From positions 288,001 to 352,000 of the forward strand of contig CAVWVQ010000003.1 of NCBI GenBank assembly GCA_963758525.1: DNA of 64,000 bases, read 5' to 3'. How positions within the stretch are numbered: position 1 is the first letter of the stretch; every line of letters starts with the position of its first letter. The notes beneath the pieces were generated by a model that was not told the origin of the DNA, made no database searches, and saw only the letters and a list, made by a program, of their open reading frames with translations. Made by a program: the position numbers and the translations under genes. Shown in pieces: positions 19,441 to 30,276 of this stretch. This DNA comes from an uncultured Phycisphaerales bacterium. GTDB taxonomy: Bacteria > Planctomycetota > Phycisphaerae > Tepidisphaerales > Tepidisphaeraceae.

Positions 19441-20171
19441 ATGATGATGTCGTCTTATGCCGTTGCTCTTTGTGCTATTGCTTTGTGCGTGCTAGGATGC
19501 GGCCCAAACTCGCTCGTACAGTATAACTGCGCGGTCAGGTCGCCGGTCAGAATTACATTCGTGATCGACGGCGCTGGCCCCCACCGACAAATCTCATGGT
19601 CGTTGCAAAATGCAGGCACTATTCCGGTTTGGATAGCACGGAAATGGTGCTTCGATGGATACCCGCTCGTCGATCAACCGGTCGACTTCGTACTCCCCGA
19701 CCAAACGCTGGTTCTTCTATGGGGTGATTTTGCCATGCCGCCCAGTCGCGGACAAATCGTTGAGTGCAAGTTTCGCGCCTCATTTGTTGAACTAACACCT
19801 GGGCAAATTGTGCGCGGCGAGGTCCCGCTATCCAGCCCGTTTACACCGCAGCATGAGATTTTAAATCCCTTCGAGGTATCATCCAAAGATCTCTTTACCG
19901 ATAGTTCGTCCGGGGTTCCCACGATTGATTCTGCGACGGCGTCCAACTTGTATTCGAGTACTGGCTCCACGATCCATTGAGCCCTGTAACGTTGAGACAC
20001 ACCGGCCCCGAATGCAATGCGATCCACGTCTTGCTGAACGGCTCGTTCGACGCATTGCGTTCGGATGCAACTTCTGAGCTGGCGGTGAGCCGCGTAGTAC
20101 GCCTCCAGATTCCGTTAAGCGAAAAGATCTCTCTACAGATTCCTGTCTATCGTCAAGGCGTGGAAAACTGA
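19441..20171 (+). CDS. Hypothetical lipoprotein, candidate immunity protein; probable frameshift near 19935
   Basis: Hydrophobic N-terminus with VLGC lipobox; continues in the second frame to VEN*; lower GC. Confidence 0.5.
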
Positions 20172-20251
20172 GGGAGGGGAGGAAATGCGAAGAGGGACAC
20201 CCGGTCAGGCCAGCTTCTTGACCATTCAAGTTCCCCTTTCCTCGGATCTGT

Positions 20252-21698
20252 TCACCCCCGCGGTTTATTTTTCTGAGGAAACTCCAACATCAGTGTTAGC
20301 CGATCCTCACCGATCCTGCTGGCGCGGGCCGTAATGCCCATTGCTTCGCAATACGCTTTGACCAGCGTCAGCCCAAGACCCGTATGACCCGCGCGGGAAC
20401 GGCTCGGATCGGCTCGCCAAAATGGCTCAAACATCTGGGCGACATGGTCGCAGGTCAAACCATCGCACGGGTTGGTGATTTGCAGCGACGAACTTCCCGA
20501 GGCATCACGTTGCGTGCGAATCAAAATGTTGCTGCCTGCAGGTGCGTAATCGACGGCATTCTCCAGCAGATTTCGCAGTGCCGCTTTGAGAAGGGTCATA
20601 TCTGCTTCGACAGTTACCTGTTGATCCAGTTCGAACGTGAGTGCGAGACCATGCTTCATGGCGGCCGTTTCCAAATCTGGATACGCCTCGGAGATCGCTT
20701 CCGTCAGACAGATGGACTGTTTCTGCGGCGTCGGACCCGTGCCGGCCTGCTGCCTGGCGAGCGAGAGAAGCGTCTGGACGATGACGGACATCTCGACGGC
20801 AACGTCGCGGTTTTCGGAAAGTGCCGTTGCAAGCCCCTGAGCATCATCAGGCCAGCGGAGGGCGACATCGCAGGCGGCGCGCAATTCGGCGAGCGGGGTA
20901 CGCAGTTCATGGGCGACTGCGGCGGAGAACCGGCGTTCTCTGTCGAAGGCCGCGCCGACGCGGTCGAGCAATTCATTGAGTGTTCGGCTGATGGGCAATA
21001 ACTCCGGGGGGAGCGTGTCTTTGCCGGGAAAGCGCACGTCCAGCGAGTCGGGGCCGATGCGATCGGCCAACGCCGAGACTTCTGCCAACGGGCGCAGACC
21101 GCGGCGTACGGCGATTGTCACGATGATCGCCGTGCCGATGGTCACCAGCGCACAGGTGAGAAGAAGTCCGGTGAGCAACGCCTCCAGCGGACCGTCGATC
21201 GCTCGTCGATCGTGAACGACGACCATGCTCAACTCTTCGGTCGATACAGGCCGGGCGCTGTGATGGTCGTGTTGTTCATCCTCCTCGGGCTGGGCGATGA
21301 ATCGATATTGACCGACTCTGACAGGTGTTCCATCGGGAAGCTTTGCGTTGATGAATCGTCGATGTGGATCGAGCGGTCGAGGAAGGGGCGTGTCGGTCTT
21401 CTCGTTGGGCGCACTGCGTGCGATGGTGCTTCCATCGCCGCGCCAAATCTGAAAATAAAATGGCCCTTCGTGTCGGGCGGAGGTGAGCAGGATCGAATCG
21501 GGAGATTCCAGATGCGGCTGGCCATCGCCTTCGATCTGAACATCCCCGGCGATGGCATCTGCTTTGGCGGATATGGCCGCATCGAGGCTGCGCTCGAGCG
21601 CTTCGTCCACGTATCCGTAGAGCCCGATGCCGCTCGCGACCAGCAGCGTCAAAATCCCCGCGCCGAGCCACAGGATCAGTTGCGCGAATCGATCGCAT
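20252..21698 (-). CDS. Sensor histidine kinase (CusS/QseC-like; HAMP-HisKA-HATPase)
   Basis: AHELRTPL, NLLENAVDY, FEPFWR.D, GLGL; two TM segments; His-rich periplasmic patch; frameshift just after start MRSIR. Confidence 0.9.
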
Positions 21699-21699
21699 G

Positions 21700-22391
21700 T
21701 CAAAGCGCCTTGCGATCCCCATTATTGGTGTTCAACACATAACCGACCCGCCGGCGTGTAACGATCAGGGACGGTTCATCAGGCCGGTCTATTTTGCGGC
21801 GCAGGCGCAGATGGCTGAATCTACCACATTGCTCATCGGCTCGACTCGATCGTCGTAGATGTGAATTTCAATATCGGTTCTGCTGACGACTTGGTCGCAA
21901 CGAGCGGCAAGGTAGCTGAGCAGTGCAAACTCTCTGGGAAGTAATGAGATTGCCACGCCCGCCCGGCGAACCGTTCGGCCCAGCGTATCTATCTCCAGAT
22001 CTGCCACGCGCAGGACAGGATCCTTCTGACCGATCAGGCGTCGCCCCAGCGCCTCGACGCGAGCGAGCAACTCGTCGAAGGCGAACGGCTTGATGAGATA
22101 GTCATCTGCCCCGGTGCGAAGGCCGGCGACTCGATCTTCAACCGTGCCCTTTGCGGTGAGCAGCAGCACGTGCGTTTGATTCCCTTCGGAGCGGAGTTGG
22201 CGAAGGACCGACAGGCCATCCATTCCCGGAAGCATGATGTCGAGAATGATGACGTCGTAATTGGTGCTCGTCGCCCGCCATAAACCGTCGGGGCCTGCGC
22301 CAGCGATATCGACGGCATATCCCGCGCACCGCAGGCCCGTGCCCAGCGAACGCTGCAATCGTTCTGAATCTTCAACAAGCAGGAGCCGCAT
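21700..22391 (-). CDS. OmpR-family response regulator; frameshift near the C-terminus
   Basis: MRLLLVED, ILDIMLP, GADDYLIKPF, SNVVD; tail LRRKID...TRRRVGY in the shifted frame. Confidence 0.92.
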
Positions 22392-22468
22392 GGATCGTAT
22401 AGCAAAACAGCCGCGAGCCTCAGCGATATTTGTACCGTGCGGCTCGCGGCCATTGCTTGCCGCCTCGA

Positions 22469-22945
22469 TCAGGGCTTTGCAGCTGCCGCGGGTTTTTCAT
22501 CATTTTCGTCAGCGTCATCGTCGACTTCCTTGCTATGGAATTTGCCAGCGACGGTGATCTTCACATCATATTTGATTTCGCCCGCGGTGACATCAAAGCT
22601 GTACATGATGTGGTGCTTTTTGGCTTCGAGTTCGGCCTCGGTGATCGTGCCGTCAGGCACTTCTTTTTTCACGGCATCCAGGACGGCTGACGGCACCATG
22701 GCCATGGGCACGGTCTCTTCGATTTCTTTTTCCTCCGTGGCCTTGCTCCATTGATGGCCTTCGTGCTCGTCGTCTTCCTTGTCCTCTTTACCCTCCTTTT
22801 CCTCGTCCTTATCCATCTTCTTCTTCTCGTGGCATGTGGCCGCTACTTCCACACGGGCGGAGGCAGCCGACAGACATTTGACAAGCGACACGGGCACAAT
22901 CAGCCCGGCGATCGCAAGGCCAAGCAGTAGTTTTCGATCCACCAT
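22469..22945 (-). CDS. Exported PepSY-like/acidic periplasmic protein
   Basis: Signal-like N-terminus; VP.AV..AV....P...I.EAE.E......Y pattern; E/D/H-rich. Confidence 0.6.
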   Translation of the reverse strand: MVDRKLLLGLAIAGLIVPVSLVKCLSAASARVEVAATCHEKKKMDKDEEKEGKEDKEDDEHEGHQWSKATEEKEIEETVPMAMVPSAVLDAVKKEVPDGTITEAELEAKKHHIMYSFDVTAGEIKYDVKITVAGKFHSKEVDDDADENDEKPAAAAKP

Positions 22946-23040
22946 AAAATCACTCCATTTTTATCTTCGGCGACGAACATTTCGCCACCGTAACCGGTCA
23001 ATCTAGCTTTCAAGGATGACGTGAACATGACCAGGTTCGA

Positions 23041-24087
23041 TTATTTTGCCGCCGCGCCAACGACGACAATCTGAAACGAGTCCGGCTTTGGCATGGGGCG
23101 GCGCTCGCCCGGCTGTGCTGGGTTGAACTCGGCGGTTGGCAGGTACAGCAGGTGCGTGGTCGGATCGACGGCCATGGTCCGCGCGCCCTTTGGCGTCTTC
23201 ACGGTTTGAATGACAGCGAAGGTGCCCGGGACCGTTTCCTTGACGACCGTTAATGATCCATCGCCGCAACTTGCAAAGGCAGTGCCCGAGCCTGGGTCAA
23301 AAGCGCAGGCGTCGTTGCCTTTACCGATGGGAAGCTCGGCAAGCACTTTGCCATCGGCGGTGTTCAACACGATCAGCTTTTGATTTCGACAACCAACAAA
23401 AAGTCGGCCGTTTTTCGCGTCGATCGCCAGACCGGTCGGGCCGGTTCCGCTGCCGATCGGATAGTGCGCGGTGGCTTTCATGGTCTTCAAATCGACGACG
23501 GCGAGCTGGGATTTGTCGTTGATGCACACATACGCCTTGCCGTCTCCATCGGCGGCGAGGAATTCGGGTTTACCGCCCAGATCAACGGATTCTGCCTTGG
23601 CCGCCTTGGGATCCACCGCCGGGTCGATCGCAACCATCACCCCGGCGTCGCCGCAGGTGGCGAGAATTTTATTCGAGCCGGCGTCGTAGATTTCGCCGTC
23701 GGCATCTTCCGCGGCGGCGGCACTACCGAGTACTTCGCCGGTCTTGAGATCGAAGATGACAATCGTGCCCGCCTTGCCGTCGGTAATAAAACCACGGCCT
23801 ACGGCAGGCACGGCCACCGCGCCGTGCGCACGCTGCTGTCCGGGGACATCCAGAATGACCTTGTCGGTTTCGAGATCAAGCACCTGGGTATGGGTGGAAC
23901 GCGTCACATACAGACGATGAGCCGCGGGGTCGACCGAGACGTAATCCCAACGACCTTCGCCGCCGATTTTGACGGTCTTCTGCACGGCCAAAGACCCGGC
24001 CACGGGCGCGTCGTCCGCACGAGCGATCGAGACAGACAGTACCGCGCCGCCAGCCAACGCCAGCGACAAACCAATGAGAGAGCGCAT
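23041..24087 (-). CDS. YncE/YVTN beta-propeller protein
   Basis: GGEGRWDY..VD...HRLY, HG.A, GRGFITDG, GARTMAVDP; signal peptide. Confidence 0.88.
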   Translation of the reverse strand: MRSLIGLSLALAGGAVLSVSIARADDAPVAGSLAVQKTVKIGGEGRWDYVSVDPAAHRLYVTRSTHTQVLDLETDKVILDVPGQQRAHGAVAVPAVGRGFITDGKAGTIVIFDLKTGEVLGSAAAAEDADGEIYDAGSNKILATCGDAGVMVAIDPAVDPKAAKAESVDLGGKPEFLAADGDGKAYVCINDKSQLAVVDLKTMKATAHYPIGSGTGPTGLAIDAKNGRLFVGCRNQKLIVLNTADGKVLAELPIGKGNDACAFDPGSGTAFASCGDGSLTVVKETVPGTFAVIQTVKTPKGARTMAVDPTTHLLYLPTAEFNPAQPGERRPMPKPDSFQIVVVGAAAK

Positions 24088-27000
24088 TAAGATTCTCCTT
24101 TTGAGGGATGAGATTCGGGAACCGATTTGACAAGTAATAACAAAGCCGGAAGAACCATCAGTACGAGCGGCAACTGCACAACCAGCCCGGTGACGATGGC
24201 GATCGCCAGCGGCTGAAGCATGCCCGCCGAGTGACCCCAATCCATCGCCAGCGGCAGCAGCGCCAGAATCGCAGCCGCTGTCGTCATCGCAATGGCGCGC
24301 AGCCGACCGCTGCCAGCCTCGATCAGTCGATCAATTTTGCCTCGACCCCCCGAGCTTTCGGTGAGTTCCGAGCAATAGAAAATCGCAACCTCGGTGATGT
24401 TTCCAACGATCATGACGGTTCCCATCATGGAACTGATGTTGAGCTCGGTGCCAGTGATCCGAAGGCCAAAGAATACCGACGCGACCGCGAGGCCTGAGAG
24501 CAGCATGATGCAGATGGCGAAACGCACCCGTTCATAAAGAAACAAAAGCAACAGAAATACCAGCGAAGCGGCGGCGGCGATCACCTTCACCACACCGTGA
24601 AACGCGGCCTGCTGTTGTTCGTACTGCCCGCCCAGCGTGTACCGCACGCCAGTTGGCATCAGGCCCGGCTGGTCGAGCGCGGTCTTCACGTCCCGAATCG
24701 TCGATCCCAGATCGCGACTGCTGCGAGCGGTGACGTACACGACGCGCTTCAGATCCTGCCGGGTGATTTCCGGTTGACCGGCGAGGATGCTGAATGTCGC
24801 CAGTCTTCCCACCGGATAGAGATGACCGTCGGGCGCCCGCAGGGTGAGGCGAGCCAGGTCCTCGGTTGTCCTGCGAATGGATTGCGGCGTCCACAGGCGA
24901 ACATCCACCAGCTTTTCACCCTCCTGAAGTTGCGTCGTCACGGTACCGCTGAGGACATCGTTGAGCGATTTGCTCAGCGCGTCGGGATCGACGCCCTCAA
25001 GAGCTGCTTTCACGCGGTCGATATGCACATCGATTGCATCGCCGGCGGGGATGACGCCGCTCTCGATGGAGGACAGGCCGGCCACTTTCTCCAGTGCAGT
25101 GGTGACTTTGTCAGACAGCTCGGCGAGTTGCGATTCATCATCGGAAAACAGATCGACGACCACCGGCTCCGGTTTGCCGGTCAAATCGCCGAGCAGGTCC
25201 TCGATGAGTTGCGCGGGGTCAATGTCCAGACCCGGCACTTGCTGGACAACCAGGAGGCGGACGCGTTCCATGACCCTCTGCAACGGCTCACGGGGCAGCG
25301 GTTTTAACCGCACAAAAAAATCGCCGCTGTTGCTCTCGCTGATATCACCGCCCAGGCTGAATCCGGTTCGGCGGCTGTACGTGAGCACTTCGGGCGTGTG
25401 CTGGAGAATCTTTTCCACGCGGCCGAGGAGTACATCCATCTCACTGATCGATGCACCTGGCGGGCCGTGGTAGTCGATGACGAAACCGCCCTCATCAATC
25501 CTGGGAAACAGCCCGCTCTCCACGTGCTGATATTCATACCAACCCAGCGCCGCCAGCGGACAGACGATCAGCAGGGCTACCCACGGTCGTCGCAGGATCC
25601 AGCGCATCAACATTGAATATGACCGATCCGTTTTCCGGGCGAGCGCACCCGGTTCCTTGTGCTTGGCTCCGCCCAGCAGCCCGCTCGCCGCGACGGGGAT
25701 CACAAGCCACGCCACGAGGAACGAAACGACCAGGCTCGTCGCCATCGACAGCGATAAGGCCGCGAAAAACGCGCCAAAGACTCCTGCAAGAAAAGCGGGC
25801 GGGATATGAATGATGATTGTCGACAGCGATGACCCGGTGAGCGGCCGGGTGAATTCATCGGCGGCTGCCAGTGCGGAGATTCCGGTTGAACGGCGGCGCA
25901 CGATGTGCTCAGACATCACGATCGCATCGTCGATAATCAGCCCGACGGCCGCGGCCATACCGCCGAGTGTCATGATGTTAAAGCTCTGACCCAGTGCATA
26001 GAGCACCAGCGCCGTAATCGCCAGCACCACCGGCACCGAGGCAGTTGCGATCAGCGTCATGCGCCAGTCGCGCAGGAACAACAGCAGCACCAGCGCCGCC
26101 AGCCCGACACCGATGAGCACCGCATCCCGAACGCCGCGAGCGCTGGACGTGATCAAATCGCTCTGGTCATACCAGCAAGTGACCGAGACGTTTGCCAGCA
26201 TTCCACCCTTCGCTGCGGCGAGCGCGGATCTTATACCGGCGGCGATTTCGACCGTGTTTCCGCCGGGCTGTTGAAAGACGTTGACCAATACGCAGTCGTG
26301 GCCGTCGGCCGTGGAGTGAATGTACTGCGGCGACACGGCCCGATCGACGGTCGCCACCTGTTCCAGCAGCGTGACACCACCTGGGCCGGCATGCACGACT
26401 GTCTGGCCGATTTCATCCAGATTCTTGAACTGTGCCTCCGCGACAACAAGGTAGAGTTTGAAGTGATCTTCCAGCCGTCCTACGGCGGTGAGAACATTAG
26501 CGCCCGACAGTGCTGTTGTGACGTCGCTCAACGCGAGGTTGTGGGAAGCGAGCTTTGCTGGATCGACAGTGACGCGGTATTCCCGCACTGACCCGCCATC
26601 CACCCCAACGCGCGCGACGCCGGGGACGGTCGAAAGAAACGGGCGCAGTTGATACTGGCAAAGATCGTGCAGTTCCGCAGGCGTGCGTTTGGTTGACGTC
26701 ACGCTGTACGCGATGACCGGGAAGACGGTGGGATCCATCCGCCGGACTTCAAAGCTGCTGCCGCTGGGCAGTGATGGAAGAAGCCGCGCCGCCTGCGCCT
26801 GCGTCTGGAGATACGCGGTGGTCATGTCCTGGCCCCAGTCGAAAGTCAGTTCTACTTCGGCCGAGCCGCGGCTGGTTGTCGATCGCACGGTACGAACGCC
26901 GGGGATGCTGCGCAGCGATTCTTCGAGCGGGCGCGTGACCTGCGATTCCATTCGCTCGGCGGGCCGATCGCCGGCTTCTAGATCGATGCGAATGCGCGGG

Positions 27001-27125
27001 AAATCGATGTGCGGAAACAGCGACACCGGCAGCGACAACGCCGCGAAAGCACCGCCGGCGACGAGCGCCAGCAGAAGGAACAACAGCGATCGCGCATGTC
27101 GGCCCGCGGAGGAAGTGATGCTCAC
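24087..27125 (-). CDS. RND efflux permease (AcrB/CusA family)
   Basis: 1012 aa; LPVSLFP..DFP, GLIIDDAIV, FP..DEG, RLRAI.MT, LQPLAIA...G. Confidence 0.93.
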   Translation of the reverse strand: MSITSSAGRHARSLLFLLLALVAGGAFAALSLPVSLFPHIDFPRIRIDLEAGDRPAERMESQVTRPLEESLRSIPGVRTVRSTTSRGSAEVELTFDWGQDMTTAYLQTQAQAARLLPSLPSGSSFEVRRMDPTVFPVIAYSVTSTKRTPAELHDLCQYQLRPFLSTVPGVARVGVDGGSVREYRVTVDPAKLASHNLALSDVTTALSGANVLTAVGRLEDHFKLYLVVAEAQFKNLDEIGQTVVHAGPGGVTLLEQVATVDRAVSPQYIHSTADGHDCVLVNVFQQPGGNTVEIAAGIRSALAAAKGGMLANVSVTCWYDQSDLITSSARGVRDAVLIGVGLAALVLLLFLRDWRMTLIATASVPVVLAITALVLYALGQSFNIMTLGGMAAAVGLIIDDAIVMSEHIVRRRSTGISALAAADEFTRPLTGSSLSTIIIHIPPAFLAGVFGAFFAALSLSMATSLVVSFLVAWLVIPVAASGLLGGAKHKEPGALARKTDRSYSMLMRWILRRPWVALLIVCPLAALGWYEYQHVESGLFPRIDEGGFVIDYHGPPGASISEMDVLLGRVEKILQHTPEVLTYSRRTGFSLGGDISESNSGDFFVRLKPLPREPLQRVMERVRLLVVQQVPGLDIDPAQLIEDLLGDLTGKPEPVVVDLFSDDESQLAELSDKVTTALEKVAGLSSIESGVIPAGDAIDVHIDRVKAALEGVDPDALSKSLNDVLSGTVTTQLQEGEKLVDVRLWTPQSIRRTTEDLARLTLRAPDGHLYPVGRLATFSILAGQPEITRQDLKRVVYVTARSSRDLGSTIRDVKTALDQPGLMPTGVRYTLGGQYEQQQAAFHGVVKVIAAAASLVFLLLLFLYERVRFAICIMLLSGLAVASVFFGLRITGTELNISSMMGTVMIVGNITEVAIFYCSELTESSGGRGKIDRLIEAGSGRLRAIAMTTAAAILALLPLAMDWGHSAGMLQPLAIAIVTGLVVQLPLVLMVLPALLLLVKSVPESHPSKGES

Positions 27126-28236
27126 TTCTCGTCCCCTGCGTCGGCAGGGGCAGTGGTTGCCGGAGCGACAGCAACGGCGGCCTTGTCGTCCAGCTCCAGA
27201 TTGCCGCTGACCACCACCGCGTCTGCTTCATGGAGTCCATCGCCGATGATGACAGCTTGCGTGTCATTTTGCACCGCAACTTTCACGGCGTGTTTGACGG
27301 CGTGCTTGTCGACGACGGTGAAAACGGAAAATCCATCATCATCCGGCAACAACGCCTCGCGCGGCACGACAAGACCCGAAACCGTCTTGAGGACCAGCTT
27401 GGCGCTGACAAATTGATCCAGGAGTAATCCGCCTTTTTCCGCGGGAGTGGCGAACACATCCACGAGCCGGCTATCGGGATTGACGCGGCGCGTCACAAGC
27501 CGAATCGTGCCGTCGATGGCTTCGTCTTCATCCGCCGTTGTGGGAAATACCTGCATCGATTGGCCGGCACGCAGCTTGGGCACATCGGATGGATCGACTC
27601 CAAGCCGAACTGTTATCTGCCCACGAGGAATCAGCTCAATCAGCGGCGCACCGGCGGCGACCAATTGGCCTTGCTGCACGTCCACCTTCGCCACAGCGGC
27701 CACGCCCGCCGTGATAATCTTGTCCTCTTCACCCGCGCCGCGCCGTTCGAGGTCGTCGAACTTTGCCTGTGCCATTTGAACCGCATCATCGGCGGCGCGG
27801 GCATCGGTGGTCATGATCAGTTTCAATTCGAGCCGTTGATGCATGCTGGCGGCCTCTTTTTTGCGCTCTGCAGGGCGTTTCTCGCCTCCGTCATTTGCAG
27901 CCTTGCATCGGGGCTGGGTTCAACTTCAATGACGGGCGTGCCGGGATCGACGCTTTCCCCGCCAGAAACGCGCAGATGTTTGACCCGGCACTCCACGCCC
28001 GACGAAAGAATCGTAATCGCAGCCGGATCGGCGGTGACATTGCCGTAAACGGTAATGGTCTGCGATACCTGCCCGCTTCGGATTGGAACCGTCGTCACTG
28101 GAACTGCGGGCTTACTGTCGTCGGACTTGTCCGCGTCCTCTTCACCGGCTCGGGCGGTGTGAACGCACGCCCAGACCGCGACACCGATGGCGAACGCCGC
28201 GAGAGCCCCTGTCAAATATGCTGTCTTGAATCTCAC
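27122..28236 (-). CDS. RND membrane fusion protein; frameshift near 27860
   Basis: Lipoyl-like G..V..G.P.I, VNP.SR.V, VP..AL, GL...D.VVV.G across two ORFs. Confidence 0.85.
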
Positions 28237-29668
28237 TGGCCAACCTCCATGCCGCCTGAAAGCTGCGTCGTCGGCGGGTCGGGAAAGTATCGGCCAGCGG
28301 CGATCTCCAGCGCGATCCGATTATCCGCCAGCTGCTGTTGCAATCGAAACACGGTTAGCCGCTTTTGTGCCAGGTTGTTCGATGCCGCGTAATAGCTCAG
28401 CACATCTGCGTTGCCCGCGTCGAGCGCCGTCTTGTAACCACTTACCAACGATTGCAGATTGGGAATAGCCGACTTGGCGTCCGCGATCTGAGCGGTGATA
28501 GCTTTTAGATCGCCCAGGGCTGTTGCGATGTCAGCCCGTGCGTCGAACACCCGGCTCACATACTCGTCAAACAGCTTCTGCCGTGTTGCCCGCTCGGTGG
28601 CGATGACCCCCTGATTGCGATCGAAAATCGGCAGGTCAATTGTCGCTACGAGGCCCACACTTTGTACATTGGAATTGTCGCTCGCTCCGTTCAGACCGAG
28701 ATTGACCTTGGGAAACTGGTCGAGAATCGCGGCCCGCAGTGTCTGTTCGTGGCTTTCGTATCCCAGGCGCAATGCCATCAAATCGATCCGGCACTGCTCC
28801 AGATTTGTTTGGAGTGATGACTCATCGCCCGCGTCAAAGGTGGATGGGAGTACCAGCCCCTTACGCAGTTTCGGTCGGTCATCCGATGGCAGGCCCAGGC
28901 TGCGCGTCAGCTGGCTCCATTGATGATCCATGTCACGCTTGCCTTGCAGCACCGCCGCATGCGAATCGCGCGCGGCAGCTTCCGCCGCCGCCAGATCCAC
29001 CGCCGTTGCCAGTCCTGCCGATGCCGCCTTTTTTACCGCGCCGAGATTCGGCGCAGACGCTCATCGATATCCACCAGCGTGTCCTGCTGCCCCTGCAGCG
29101 AGACCAAATCGAGCACCGCCTGCTTGGCTGCCTCAGCGATTTGCCATTCCTCCCAGGCAACTGAAAGATCAACCGAATGCGCTGAAAGGCGAGCTGCCTG
29201 TTCCCGCGCGTCGTGAGAAATGAGCTGTTCAAAATCCCAACTGACGGTTGCCCCATAGGCATTGAATGCGCCTTGTGTGGCCCCACCCGTTACAAAATCA
29301 GACGAGTAGGACAGCACCGGATTAGGCAACAAACCTGCCTGCAACAATGACGCAGCCGCGAGGTTCCGTTGTTCGCGAATTGCTTTGAGAGATGGATTCA
29401 CCAGGACGGCAACCACCGCGGCCTCATCCGGCGTCAAACCCTCATCCGGATGCAACTCGACTGTTAAGAGCATGGGATGATGGAACTGAGATACAGCAAC
29501 CTGTAACTGTCCATCTTCCGGCGGCCTGAGGCGCTCGTTCACCGCCTCGGTCGTCAGCGGCTGGCGAACGTACTGCTGACACGATGTCGAACAAACAAGA
29601 AAGGCGACTATCACGGCCGGCGTCGCAAGCCGTGATATACTGATGGTGGTGGTCCGCCTCACGCGCAT
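28233..29668 (-). CDS. TolC-family outer membrane lipoprotein; frameshift near 29035
   Basis: Lipobox TSC, NP.L, AGLLPNP, LPIFDRNQG. Confidence 0.88.
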
Positions 29669-30211
29669 CTGCCGATGACATTAGCGAACCGAAGATGACG
29701 GAAAGATGACCTGCAGGCTCCTCTACGTAACATCTGCCTTTGTCGTTGCCTGGGGCGGTTCGCTCGATGACACCGTCGCGCGACCCCAATGCACCGTGAC
29801 GCTACGAAGTGAGGGTTAACATGAGCGTTGACGTGCGGAGTGTGAACGGAGAGGAGCTATTGCCAGTCATCGACAGACAAGCCTGGTACTCGGCTGAACT
29901 CGGCCGCCGTCACCGCTCACCCGGGATTTCAGCACGATTCGGATCATCGATGCGCTCGCTTATCTGCCGGCGATCAACACTTCAAGACCGGCGCGGGCAA
30001 TTACATCTGCCATGTTTGAAAGCATTAGACCGATTGAGATTCGAACCAGCAAGCATTTGCCATCGGTGACGTGCTGACGGAGAGGGGGTTATGCGCGGGA
30101 CTTTCAACCACGGGTTGCCGGCGCAGGCGGCCGAGTGATGGGATCTGCGGTGCAATATCGTCAGACTCATTTGCTTCCGGCGGAGCAAACCCCGGACGCA
30201 AAGCACGCTAC

Positions 30212-30252
30212 AAAAAAGGGACGCGAGCCAAACTCCGTGCTTCGCGTCCCCT
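30212..30252 (-). terminator. Rho-independent terminator
   Basis: GGGACGCGA...TCGCGTCCC stem followed by a T run, just downstream of the 30277 ORF. Confidence 0.7.
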
Positions 30253-30276
30253 TCATCTTCTCTCCCTCGCCGGATC

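Noticed and set aside
29700..30200. Possible riboswitch or HAD-hydrolase remnant upstream of the TolC gene
   Set aside because: No recognisable riboswitch consensus; only a faint ALDRL..FAIGD resemblance, too weak to call
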